Source: Massalongia carnosa
Lineage: Eukaryota
NCBI GenBank assembly: GCA_965645245.1
Contig: OZ287075.1
Span: forward strand, 1,240,001 to 1,304,000
Direction of reading: 5' to 3'
Length of the DNA: 64,000 bases
In this document: piece by piece, positions 11,373-22,303 of the stretch
Layout of the letters: every line of letters begins with the position of its first letter
How positions within the stretch are numbered: position 1 is the first letter of the stretch
Position numbers and translations under genes: made by a program
Notes under the pieces: generated by a model
Databases searched by the model: none
What the model saw: the letters and a program-made list of their open reading frames with translations, nothing else
What the model was told of the DNA's origin: nothing

Positions 11373-12790
11373 CAAGAAGACTCGGGACAGTCCCCCGTCC
11401 CCCCAGCGAAAATCATTCCAAATTAAAACTAACTACAAACCACCTCCCCATACTAAATAATTAGGTGCATTTATTAATAATATTATAGGTATAGGCAGCC
11501 TATAAATTTATCACTATGATAGGTAGACCGCCCTTCTTCTCTCCCTTATCTTTTTCTTTGCTATGGCCCTCACATCAATGTCCCTGGATGCACGTTTGCA
11601 AAGGGCTATAGCGAGTTTATCGTCGTCTCATCGTCTTCCTCCGAGTGAGAGTGAAATCTTTATCTCCTGGGAGGAGGAAAAACTAGATTTCGTCGCGGGG
11701 GTGTTGATTTGCTGCATGCGGCCGCACATCAATCTATTGATTTTCATAAATCAATAGAAAATGTGCATAGAAGGGAGGGATACGCTCGTGAATTCGCCAA
11801 ATTCACTGCTATTTTCAATAAAAAATGGCAGGATAAGGAGCTGGGGAGGCCATTTATCCCTATAACTTTCCCCGACGAAATCCGACCGAAGGACAACCTC
11901 ATGTATAAAAATAATGAGAGTCGCCGGCGGGCTTACACTGACCGTGAGGCAGCTGAGACAGATGAAGGTAAGCAGCGACGTGCTAAACGTAAGGACTCGA
12001 TTGAAGAAGAAAGAAGAGGAAGACATGAGGATGAATTGCGGGCAGGCGATGAAGACAAGGATATGATTGATGATAAAAATTCACGATATCAGCAAATCGA
12101 TCGATGTACCGCGGCTAATATTCGATAGAGATTTCGGAGATGTTATCATCGTATCTGACGACGATGACCTGCAATATATAGCAACTCAATTTATTCTCGA
12201 TCCTTCACTTCCTCTGAATGAGAATGATGATTTTATTCCTCCATTCTCGGCATCTTCTTCCGATTCATTTGAAGATATTGATGAAGTGCTGACGAAACAT
12301 AATCAAAAGACTCTTTTTCAAACGATTTCCTCTTCAAAAGCTTCTTTCCTTTATAGCCTCAGTCAAAAAAACTTTCGCGCTAACCAGCTATCATCCATAT
12401 CGTCTGCAACAACAACACGAGGATCACGAAGTGTGATAGTCAAAAAATCGAAGGCTCAGTTGGAGTTAAAGTCTCAGCAGAGAGCCGACCAAGCGGCCAA
12501 ACAAGCAAGAACCGAGGAGAGGAAAAACGCAGCTGCAAGAAAGATTGCTAAGACTATGAAGCCTAGAAAGAATGATGTTTCGCAATTGAGTGATGCATTT
12601 TCGGAATTGAGATCATCGCAATGAGTGATAGAAGTAGTAGTAATAGTAGTAGTATGAATAGATGAGGATTTTTCAGAACGCGAGACTAGGCTAAATCAAC
12701 AAGAGGAAGCTTGCGGAGAGACGGTGGACATGCACATATTTAGTATGGGGAGGTGGCTTGTAGGGGGGGGGACTGTCCCGAGTCTTCTCG
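11373..12790 (+). mobile_element. Non-autonomous (internally deleted) Mutator-like element, about 1.4 kb
   Basis: Termini caagaagactcgggacagtccccc / gggggactgtcccgagtcttctcg plus a second inverted block (ccacctccccatactaaata). 9-bp TSD tccttcctt (11364-11372) / accttcctt (12791-12799), 8/9 identical. Internal ORF fragments (HRLPPSESEIF; TTRGSRSVIVKKSK...KSQQ) resemble fungal MULE protein ends; no DDE core seen. Confidence 0.75.
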
Positions 12791-13139
12791 ACCTTCCTTT
12801 ATCGCTAAGAGTTCGTCGGCGCCGTCGGCCCCAACCCTGGAACATGTTGATTCATATTGTTTTGGCGTTATTTGCTTTTGCCACTATACCGAGGTTAATT
12901 GTCTTACCCGATATGACTTCACCTTACAATTGCAGGGAACATTCTATGGGAATCTATAATTCCGCTATTATCGTACGACAAGGTCCCTGCGACGAACGCG
13001 ATGGAAGTTTCTCGAAGACTCCATGACAGCCATATTCGGTGTATATAATTGCTTTCTTTCTTAGATAGTTCAGTTAGTTCAGTTCAATTTGGTTATAGAG
13101 CTTCAAGCGTAGCATATCAGCCTTTTCATTGATTCAGTG

Positions 13140-14490
13140 CAGCTCCCTCAGCCCCTTTTATTTCAACAGAACATAAACCAAATATACGCGCTATAGAAGG
13201 CCTATCGTTCGGATTCTCGGCGACCATTTATGAAAATAACGCTACTACTTAGATTTCACGCAACTGCTTTCACAGCCTCAAGTGCATCGTGCCATTTTCT
13301 TTAAACTTCGCGCGATATCCTCCGAAATTACTTGTCCACGCCAATGTGGTAAAAAGCGACCACACGTCAAATTTACATGTATGCATTACTCCCTTATGTA
13401 CCTCCCGGGTCAGGAAATGATGCGTTCCAAAAAGGCCTTTGGCTTTAAAAGACGAAGCATAGAGCCCAAAGCCCCAAGCTGGAAGCTATATGGCCCGTTA
13501 GACTTGGTCTTAGAGAACAGTATGTTCTTGGGTCTGAAATCCCTGAGTATGATGTAATATTGGCCAGATGGTCCAATGCCTGATATATATCGGGATCATG
13601 CAAGGATTTGTTCTTAACAAAACTGTGGAGCGTCCCATCCTTCCAGCACATCAATATAGAGGTGGGTTTCTGTTGACCCAAGCCCAAGATAGTCGACAAT
13701 ATATGCCTGGAACGACATTAGTGAGTCAAGCTTCATTCAACAAACAAGGTTCTTACACTTCTGCAGCTCCTGAGAATATCCTTATCACGAAGCAATCCCT
13801 CCCAGCAGTCTTGCTCTTTTCGCTGTTGGATTTTGACTGCGATCAGTCAACTACAATCAATATCTATAGTCCTATACATCTCTCCGATGCTATTTTTTAC
13901 CACAACCTTATCTCCTGGTCCCTGCCAAAAACCCAGAGTTTCTTTTCATGGCGAGTCGCAGGTGCTACATTGATATCGTTTTCAGTCATGGCTTTTGGAG
14001 ATTTCTTGACCCAGCCAGATGCTCTCCCAGTACAGAATTGAAGCATGGACTCTATCTGACCCGCATTCCAGCTCAAGTGAATCTGACAATGTTTTCCTTT
14101 GTGATACTAAAGCGATGAATATGTTGACCCTGTTAGACACCATAGCTTTGCAAGGCCGCCCAGGTTCGAATTTCAGAACAGTATCGCCCATGGAAGCTCC
14201 TTGCAGATCTAAAAAATAAGACGATTCAGTAGCTAGTCGATCGTAAACCATAACAAATTCGGCTTCAGCCATCAACTCAAAGGAACAATGCACATTGAAT
14301 ACTGTTGAAAGCTATGGTAACATCGGTATTCTCTCGGCTTTTTGTGGCTAGAGTTTGTGACGCTGAGTCTGTCATCTTACCTATCGCAAGGGCGGTCGAG
14401 TCGGAAAAGGTGTGTTTCAGTTGACTGTTCTCCAGATGGTTAACAACAGCTGCCGCTGCACCTCCTTTAATAGGAAGCAGGAACATGCAA
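13140..14490 (-). pseudogene. FHA-domain Ser/Thr protein kinase pseudogene
   Basis: Frame-shifted fragments in kinase order: GEMYRTIDIDCS*LIAVKI, AYIVDY, QALDHLA, IILRDFRPKNILF, PYSFQLGALG, GTHHFLTREV, KFDVWSLFTTLAWT, MVAENPNDRPS. The upstream HCSFEL...VMVYDR...FEPGRP segment is FHA-like. Confidence 0.8.
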
Positions 14491-15278
14491 CAAGTATTAT
14501 CTTCTTCTACGCTTTTACTGGACCTACCAGCCACTCCGAATTGGTGCAAAGAGCCATAGCGTTCCAAAATGTAGTTTTCTGGGACAATTTAGTACATTCT
14601 ACGACTTGTTCAACAGGCATGGGTTGATGCCTGGTCATAGTGAACCTAGCATGTAGCTTCTGCTGGTCACCATGCTCCTAAAGACTGCGTTGAAACGGGG
14701 CTTCATTGAACGGGGTGATACCTATCTTTCGGTTCTGTTCCTGTTCATGAAGTGACGCTTTGCACTTATTTTTTTCGGGATTGCATTAAAATCATGCCAT
14801 ACTGTATAAGAAAGCCAAAGCAACACGGAACCGAATAGATACCAGAGTATCCCAATCCTGATCCATCAGAGACCTGCGATACAAGCATCCTGGTTGTTGA
14901 TTTTGTTAGATGGTGTTTAAAATAGGAGGGATGGATGGAGAATGATGGACCCAATGCACAGAAAATAGGTGGCAGAGTGCCAGAAGTCTCTGGATAGTAC
15001 AGAACTTCTATGAATGAAATAATTCAGATTATTGCGACTGATCTCTAAGCTATGCGTAGGAGTGATGTTATATACATGTTGATCATAGAACATTCGAGAT
15101 TCTCCTCGAACGTCTACAGACCTGAATTTCTAAGCATCGAAGATACCAGAAATTCTCAGATGTAACTATTCCTATATCAGTAAAATACGCGAGGGCATTC
15201 GCATATTACGTCAGATATGATCTAGCTGGCTTGGCATTCGCAACAGATGGTAAGGACTAACATCTAACATTTATCTAA

Positions 15279-16638
15279 CTGTTAGATGGTAAGTGTTAGA
15301 TGGCAAGGACTGTTAGACTACCATCATGGGCATCCATCTAGTGCTTATCTTCGGTGATCCTACCACGGGGGCCGAAGTGACCTCCGGGGGCCATAAATCA
15401 GTGGACCAGCTGACTCCCCTATGAAAGGGTCGCCGGAAAGTCATCAATGTGACTGCTATATAATGAGTAGATAGCTCACATATAATCCATACCTTCAATG
15501 ACAATCATGCTATTATACTGTGGTGGGGCGAGCTGGACTACCCTGAGATCCTTTGCGCGGGCCGAGCACTTTCGAGTCATGTGACACTCCTAAGCACTGA
15601 GCTTATATTCTCGGTCGCTCACCTGTCGACACAAAAAAGAGCAACATACATTCATTTCATCATCATCTGTTCACCTTCTGCTTCTTTCAGCCCTTCGTTT
15701 TCTAGTCAGTCCGTCTGTCAGCTAGACAGCCATATAGTCAATGCAGTCGTCGTCCACCCACCTAGCTGTCATGATGTGACTGTCCTCCATTTCGTATCAT
15801 TCGTTGGTCATCACCATCTTCGGCCCAGACCTGTCCTAGTAACAGCGCCATTGATCCATCACGATCAGCACCTCCTTCCACCCACTACTCCTCTTCAATA
15901 CCTACCAAGTGAATCTACAATTCCATAGATTTCAAGTCATCCAAGGACAATTATGCAACCGTGTGCAGCTCTATTGCATATCCGGCGCTGATCCAAAGTA
16001 TCTTAGCCTTGATTAAATTGATGCTTGAACATACCGATGATGGTCAATCTTACATTTCTTGACCGCATACAACTGGAGTATATTTTACCAACCTATATGC
16101 CTCTTAGGCTTGTAACAAATTTTCAGCATCCACTTTTAGGGAGAGCTTTGTGGCCATCAATAATTTTCTTATTGTCAATATGACCATATATTACATATCT
16201 AATATATTCTATCACGATCAAACTCAAGATATTTTATATCCCCGATGGGGGCCAATACTTGATTCATTTATCATTGTAAGCCCTCCAGAAGCACTAGGAA
16301 CAGCCACAATATCTTTGATCAATTTACAGCTCAATTGAGCATTGATAGAGAGCGATCCTATGAAATTATAGATTCACTTTGTAGGTACAATAGCATGATT
16401 GTCATTGAAGGTGATTATCTATGTGGGCTATTTGTCTGCTTTATATAGCAGTCACAAAACAGTCACATCTAGGAGCCTAAACGGTCAGACCTTGTCCCCC
16501 CATATCTGCTTGTTTAGGTACTCTGACGGTCAGACCTTGGCTCCTATATCTGCTTGTTTAGGCACTTTGCCAGGCACTTCCCGGGGCTCATGATGGATGC
16601 CCATATTGATGGTGGCCTCATCATCTAACATCTAACAG
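15279..16638. mobile_element. Unclassified non-autonomous element with compound terminal inverted repeats
   Basis: Ends ctgttagatg / catctaacag with reiterated gttagatg units. Inner inverted pair atgggcatccatc (15326-15338) / gatggatgcccat (16592-16604). 45-bp tandem duplication at 16481/16526. No TSD or coding signal recognised. Confidence 0.5.
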
Positions 16639-17665
16639 ATCCTATCTCTAAAAGTGGTTTATGAAAGGCTTTCAACAAAGAGAAGCTTGCAGTGTAGGAA
16701 GGGTGGCGGATGGGAAAAGTGAGGCATTTGGAATCGCTCATCGCGCCAGAAGCAGTACATGACGTACCATAAATACCAACGGCCACACCATGTGAAGCAA
16801 GACTCCGACCCGGAAAGTTGTTCGATACCCCAGAGTCCTTTTAAATGAGATCAGACTCATAAGTACGCAGCCTTTTCGGTGCTCTTGCACCCCCTCAAAG
16901 AAGCAACAGAAGTGTGGGAGAATAGCCGAATTTTTTAGAAAGAAGGGAGAAGGCAGAATAAGCGCGGCAGACATCCAGGGGTGCTCTCATAGTTCATGCA
17001 TCAGGTAGACGAGTAATCCAAGGAGATTCGAGAGCAGATTGCCAGCGGAAAAGGTTGGAACACCCACGACGACATCGCTTATCGTGCGGTTCGAAACCTG
17101 TAGATCAAATAACAAACATGGTACGACCGGTGGATCCCTTTGCCACAGTTCAGGTGGATAAACGATAAGGCGTCAGATCAAAGGGGCAGCCTAGAGGCAA
17201 AATCGTGAGAACAGATAAAGCAAAGTTGCACGATTTGTCTCAACACATACTACCTATTAGCAAGGCGTTCGTCCCAAGGGTCGGGGCCGGGTGATGCTAG
17301 CAAAAAGGGTTGGGTGTCTATAGTCATTCCTAAGTTAGGTATAAAACCAAATCGGCCTTCTTCAAGGGAACTAATACCGGGACACCCCTTTTCACTACCT
17401 TGACACCCTCATTCTCTAGGTTACCCCCAAGTAAGCTAACCTAATTTGGTAGTTTATCCGTTCCGGGGCTGGAACTTCGAAATTTTTTACACATAGTGCT
17501 CATTCCGATGATGACTGAATGATCCTCGAAAGCATGTGACATGCGGCGATTTATTCAAAGACTGAGAAGGAATATAAAGTCAATTGAGACGCTCTAAATA
17601 ATGCTTATTCACATGATCATTCAGCGGAAGTGCAGTATCTGATGAACACATGACTAGCCTCATAT

Positions 17666-18479
17666 TGTAACGGTTAAGCCAGGATGTGGAATTTGACTAT
17701 CTACTGGGAAGCTATACACTAGAAAATATCAAAGACGCAGAAAGGAAACAAGCAAAAGGTGCCCTCTCTAGGAGTCTATATAGATAATCGCTTGGCCCGA
17801 TCCAGCTGCTTGTGTCTTCATCAATAAGTGAACTGTTTGGTCAAACAGTCTATCTGCCCTTTGTCCCTTTCATCTATTTGTATTTGCTTTAGAAGGTCGT
17901 TCCGATGCGTCCTTTTCAGTCCTTTCAGACCTCCGTTGATTGCCCCTATGATTACTTGAGCCACCTACGGTTTCCGTAGATGGTGAGACGGTTCAACCAG
18001 GATGTGGAATTGAATATCTACTGGGAAGCTATACATTAGAAAATATCAAAGATGCAGAAAGGAAACAAGCAAAGGGTGCCCTATCTAGGAGTCTATATAG
18101 ATAATCGCTTGGCCCGATCCAGCTGCTTGTGTCTTCATCAATAAGTGAACAGTTTGGTCAAACAGTCTTTCTGCCCTTTGTCCCTTTCATCTATTTGTAT
18201 TTGCTTTAGAAGGTCGTTCCGATGCAGTCCTTTCAGACCTCCGTTGATTGCCCCTATAATTGCTAAAAGTGTTGAGTAGCGGAAGCGTTAGTGCGCCGGC
18301 AGATGCCGTACTTTCCTCTGATTGGCCTTGAGTGGATGTGGTTGAACCGTGACAGATGGAAATAAGGTTTAGCGTCCCGGAGCTTTCGGTCCCTATGTCC
18401 GGGTTGAGTAACGGAAGCGGTGAGTGCGCCGGTAGATGCCGTACTTTCCTTTGATTAGCCTTGTGGTTGAACCGTAGCA
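17666..18479. mobile_element. Solo LTR (outer), interrupted by a same-family solo LTR
   Basis: TGTAACGGTT...AACCGTAGCA, with flanks CATAT/CATAA. It interrupts the MULE transposase. Confidence 0.8.
17984..18354. mobile_element. Solo LTR (inner, 371 bp)
   Basis: TGAGACGGTTCAACC...GGTTGAACCGTGACA with perfect 5-bp TSD GATGG (17979-17983, 18355-18359). About 270 bp is near-identical to the outer LTR. Confidence 0.9.
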
Positions 18480-18579
18480 CATAAACGAAAATTCGTCAAG
18501 GCACTCGTTCACAAAGTCCTTCATTTCGACAATATTGCTGCTATCTTTAGAGTGAAGAGAAGTCATGCTGTGTTGAAAC

Positions 18580-19194
18580 TGTAATAGGGTAGGCCTAGTA
18601 TGCGTTCGTTGACCGTAAGACTGGCCTATGGCTATGTTGGATACGTACAGCCAAAACAGCCAATAAGGTACCGCCTAACCCAGTTAGGCATAGTGTGGGG
18701 ACTTAACTTATTCTTATTATGGAGGTGTTTTCGTAGTACACAGTACACGAAGTATCCTACCAAAGTGTTCGGTGACCGAAGTATTTCGGAGACCGAAAAT
18801 ACCAGGTAGTATGGGCAAGGTATGGAAGAAGAGCTTAGGTTGTGGATTGTCCATCCTATATAGATCAATGATCAAGCACTTCAAAAGGGTAGCATTTAGT
18901 CTACCCTTTGACCCGACCCAACCTATTTGTACCTCTATTGTTGTAACGGTTCGACCAAGCGTGGTGCGGACGGCAGGACCTACAGCGAACATAGTAGGAG
19001 TCCCAGTTATAGTAGAATAGAGCTTGGTCTGCGGACTAAGTATTGTGCCTTTGGTCGGGAAGGACAGGTGGCGCAATGGTAGAAATCTATTCACTATCTC
19101 GCTTCGTCACAATTGTGACCATCACGTTGTGTAGCCCCTGTGGATCCCATCTTCCAGTAGTGAATGCCTGCTGGGAGAAGGTCTCCCCGTTTCA
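18580..19194. mobile_element. Solo LTR (second family), interrupted by a short solo LTR
   Basis: TG...CA termini with perfect TSD GAAAC (18575-18579, 19195-19199). Removing it restores MULE ...HAVLK|HRLRF. Confidence 0.85.
18942..19111. mobile_element. Short solo LTR (170 bp)
   Basis: TGTAACG...CGTCACA with perfect TSD ATTGT (18937-18941, 19112-19116). Confidence 0.85.
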
Positions 19195-19512
19195 GAAACA
19201 TCGATTGAGATTTTCTATCGATAATCTCAAAACGATGATTGACAACATCGATTTGCTACTAAAGAATTAGCATCAAGAATACGTGATAAAACTGAATGAG
19301 ATTAAACTGTGCTTTCCTACCCGATTACGAAGACCTCTTTACAGCGATGTAAGGGCTCATATCACGTCTTTTGCATTGTTGAAGATGCATAATCAGTACG
19401 AACGTCTTTTGAATCAAACGATCTCTCTCATCATGCATCGAGACATTTCGAGCAACAATGAGGCTATCATGTGGTCATGCAATTCAGGAAAATTGATAAA
19501 CTGAATGAAATA

Positions 19513-21440
19513 CAGTCAGATCGGGTTATAAGAAACTCTAAAATCGTAGCACCTAGGTATCTTATTAAGCGAGGTTTCTAATATCAAAATTCTTGGCATA
19601 TTTTGAAGACTATACCTATCGACTACCTAATGGCAAAGAAATCTGTCATTACAGCTTGCATAGAGCTAATCGCCATTGAAGTCTTGATATCCCACTCTTT
19701 ACGATTCAGACGACGTATCAAATCATCGTCACCGACCTCTCGTTGCTCCTCATATAACCGTAACGTTTCAAGAGCTCGTAGAGCGTCCTTGTTTTGGTGA
19801 TACAATGGCCTCCTCCTCCGTCTCGTATTCACTTTCATGGTCATCATATATAGCAACGATGTGATCCTTCAAAGCCTCTTCGGTATCCTCTACCACCTCT
19901 TCAACAGGGTTCAGGAATTCGTCAATACGCATGACGCTTTGTATATGACCACGATCTTCCAAAGGCCTTATTGTAGCTTGTATCTGTAGTCGTTGCTCCG
20001 TTTCTTGATCTTGCGCCCGAGTCTCATTGAGATAGTCATATTTCTCTGCCTCTTCTCGAGTCATTGACCCATATTTTGCCCCGATTACACGGGATTTCAG
20101 TTAACATTTAGAGATAGTTAACTGATAAAACCGTAATTCCAGGCGGCTACGCACCAACTTATTGTCATCAATACGTTGATGGTTTTAGTGGCTCCCTATC
20201 TTCGTCGTATTCGGAGGCTATGTACTTTAGGCAGCGTTGTCTGTAATGAAGCCTTGAAAGCGCCTATAATACCCTGATCCAGCGGCTGGCATAAGCTGGT
20301 AGTATTGACTGACAGAAATATAATGCTAACATTGGATAAACCACCTTCAGCAACTATGATATCCCAGCCGCTTTGATGGGCTGAAAAATTGTCAATTAAC
20401 AATACGACCTTACGACTTACGTTGCCATTAAACCAGCGTAAATACTCCCGAAATATATCGCCCAACATCTAAGCTCTGCTGTTACTGCGTCATATCATAT
20501 GCAGATTACAAGCGTGAGCACCCTGTGAACCAAAAGCACTCGGATTTTGGCCGTCCCAATGAACCATATGAGAAGCTTGTGAGTTCCAGTAGCATTGCAA
20601 CAGAAATTTGCAGTAACTCTCGCTTTTTCCACCTTTCCGCTTGAGAGCTGTTCCGTAGCCAATGTAGGACTGGATGTAGCCTTCCAAAATAACGCAGTTT
20701 CATCCATGTTGTAGATATCTTCCTGATCGTATGGTAATAGCTGTACCTGTATTACTTCTAGCTCTTCTTCAACCTCCACACGCTTGACGGAATCGAGCTC
20801 GCCGTGTTGTCTATGTTTTGTAATCTTGTATCTTCTTTTGAAAGAATCCAGCCATTCAATAGAGAATCTGAAAGGTGATTGATTACGGTACAGAGGCAAT
20901 CGTTTCCAAAATTTCAAGGCCATTTCTCTTAACAAATCGCCCAACAAAGGCGCTCTTTTGCGTTGCATGCGCTGTTGCCACTCAAATAAGGCCGTTTCTA
21001 ATTCAGGCCAATGTGCAGTTCGACTTTTCTTCAGATTCGGGCGTAGCAATGCGTGAGATGTATCCAGATGAGCCCATTCATGTGAGAGAATTTTGGAAAC
21101 TTGTCCTTTGTCAATTTTATGACGGTAAAGATTGTCAAACCAAACGACCAGTTTTTCGTATTTCTTGTTATCTCCAGATACAGCATATCTCGATAACGCT
21201 GTCGTAATGCTCGTCGTTGATCGTCGGTAAAGGCGTCACGCTTTTTCTGCTTCTCTCTCTGAGAGAAAGCGGGGATGTAGGACGTTTTCGAGATTTCGAG
21301 ATGAAGGAGATGAAGTCTCCGGATTTTGACTATTATATCTCAAAGAAGTCGAAGAGAAAGTCATATTTACTGTAAGAAACCACCGCAAAATTTTTAGAGA
21401 AAGTTAAGAAACTTTCTAATAGAGCGAGGTTTCTTATCCC
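19513..21440 (-). mobile_element. Tigger/CENP-B-like pogo-family transposon, degenerate transposase (about 19623-21364)
   Basis: TA + cagtcagatcgggttataag terminus. Fragments WPELETALFEWQ, EWLDSFKRRY, IYNMDETALFWK, RVTANFCCNATG, LLIDNFSAH and CQPLDQGII, with frameshifts and stops. The second TIR was not found. Confidence 0.85.
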
Positions 21441-21869
21441 TCACCAGAAAAAAACCGGTCTTATTGCGATTTTTCGACATTTTGACGTCTTGCCTTTTCG
21501 TTTGACACGGGCTATTTCTTCGAAAGAATTCAAGTAGAATTTGTATAGAAAGTTTCCTGAAATTCCTGTTCGTTGTAAAGTTCATGTGGGGCAATCTGAT
21601 TGCACTTCGCATATAAATCGAGAATCGACTTAACGAAAATAACAAACTGTATGTAAAACTGCTCTGCACGTTATAAACATAAATAAAGATTGAAATTTAT
21701 AACGAAAAAATAAAAAATACATTGATTATGATTATATAAAGCGACGAAGTTACAAACATGAAAACAATAAAGTTGTGACGTTGTTCTGTGAGGTCGATAT
21801 CGTTCTTGTCATGATCTGTTGAAATAGGTATGTGACTATGGCTATATGAAAAATGGTATGTATGACCGT

Positions 21870-22117
21870 TGTAAGAACCACTATCCAGGGAAGACGAATA
21901 GTAGTCAGCTACTTAAGAGACTAAGCATGAAGAAGAGAAATCTATCTACAAAGAACAATGTGAAATCTATATGCCCCGTTTGCCCTTCTTCTCGAAGTTT
22001 CCATCCGGCTCTAGAAGCTTATCTCCGAAGCTTCGGTCGGAAAGAGCCGTTGGATTTAGCGCTCCCACACCCGAGTCCTGATAACCGTGATGTTAAGGAT
22101 GAAGCGTGCCCATAACA
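21870..22117 (-). mobile_element. Probable LTR relic
   Basis: Minus strand reads TGTTATGGG...GGTTCTTACA with an LTR-like size. No TSD. Confidence 0.4.
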
Positions 22118-22303
22118 CCCTCTGCTAAGCGAGGTGATAATATTATCTGAGCCGATCTTATCTAATCTATAGGCTAAGCCTAATACGGCATCTACGGTTT
22201 CTGTAGGTGCTCTGTCCATCTTGGGCAGTCGTGGGTTCTATGTTCATTGAACTGGTAGGTGTTCACTGTACTGGTAGGAGTTGAATATTCAACATGATCG
22301 TTA

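Noticed and set aside
17666..18479. CRISPR-like or simple tandem array
   Set aside because: Eukaryotic context, and fully explained by nested LTRs with TSDs.
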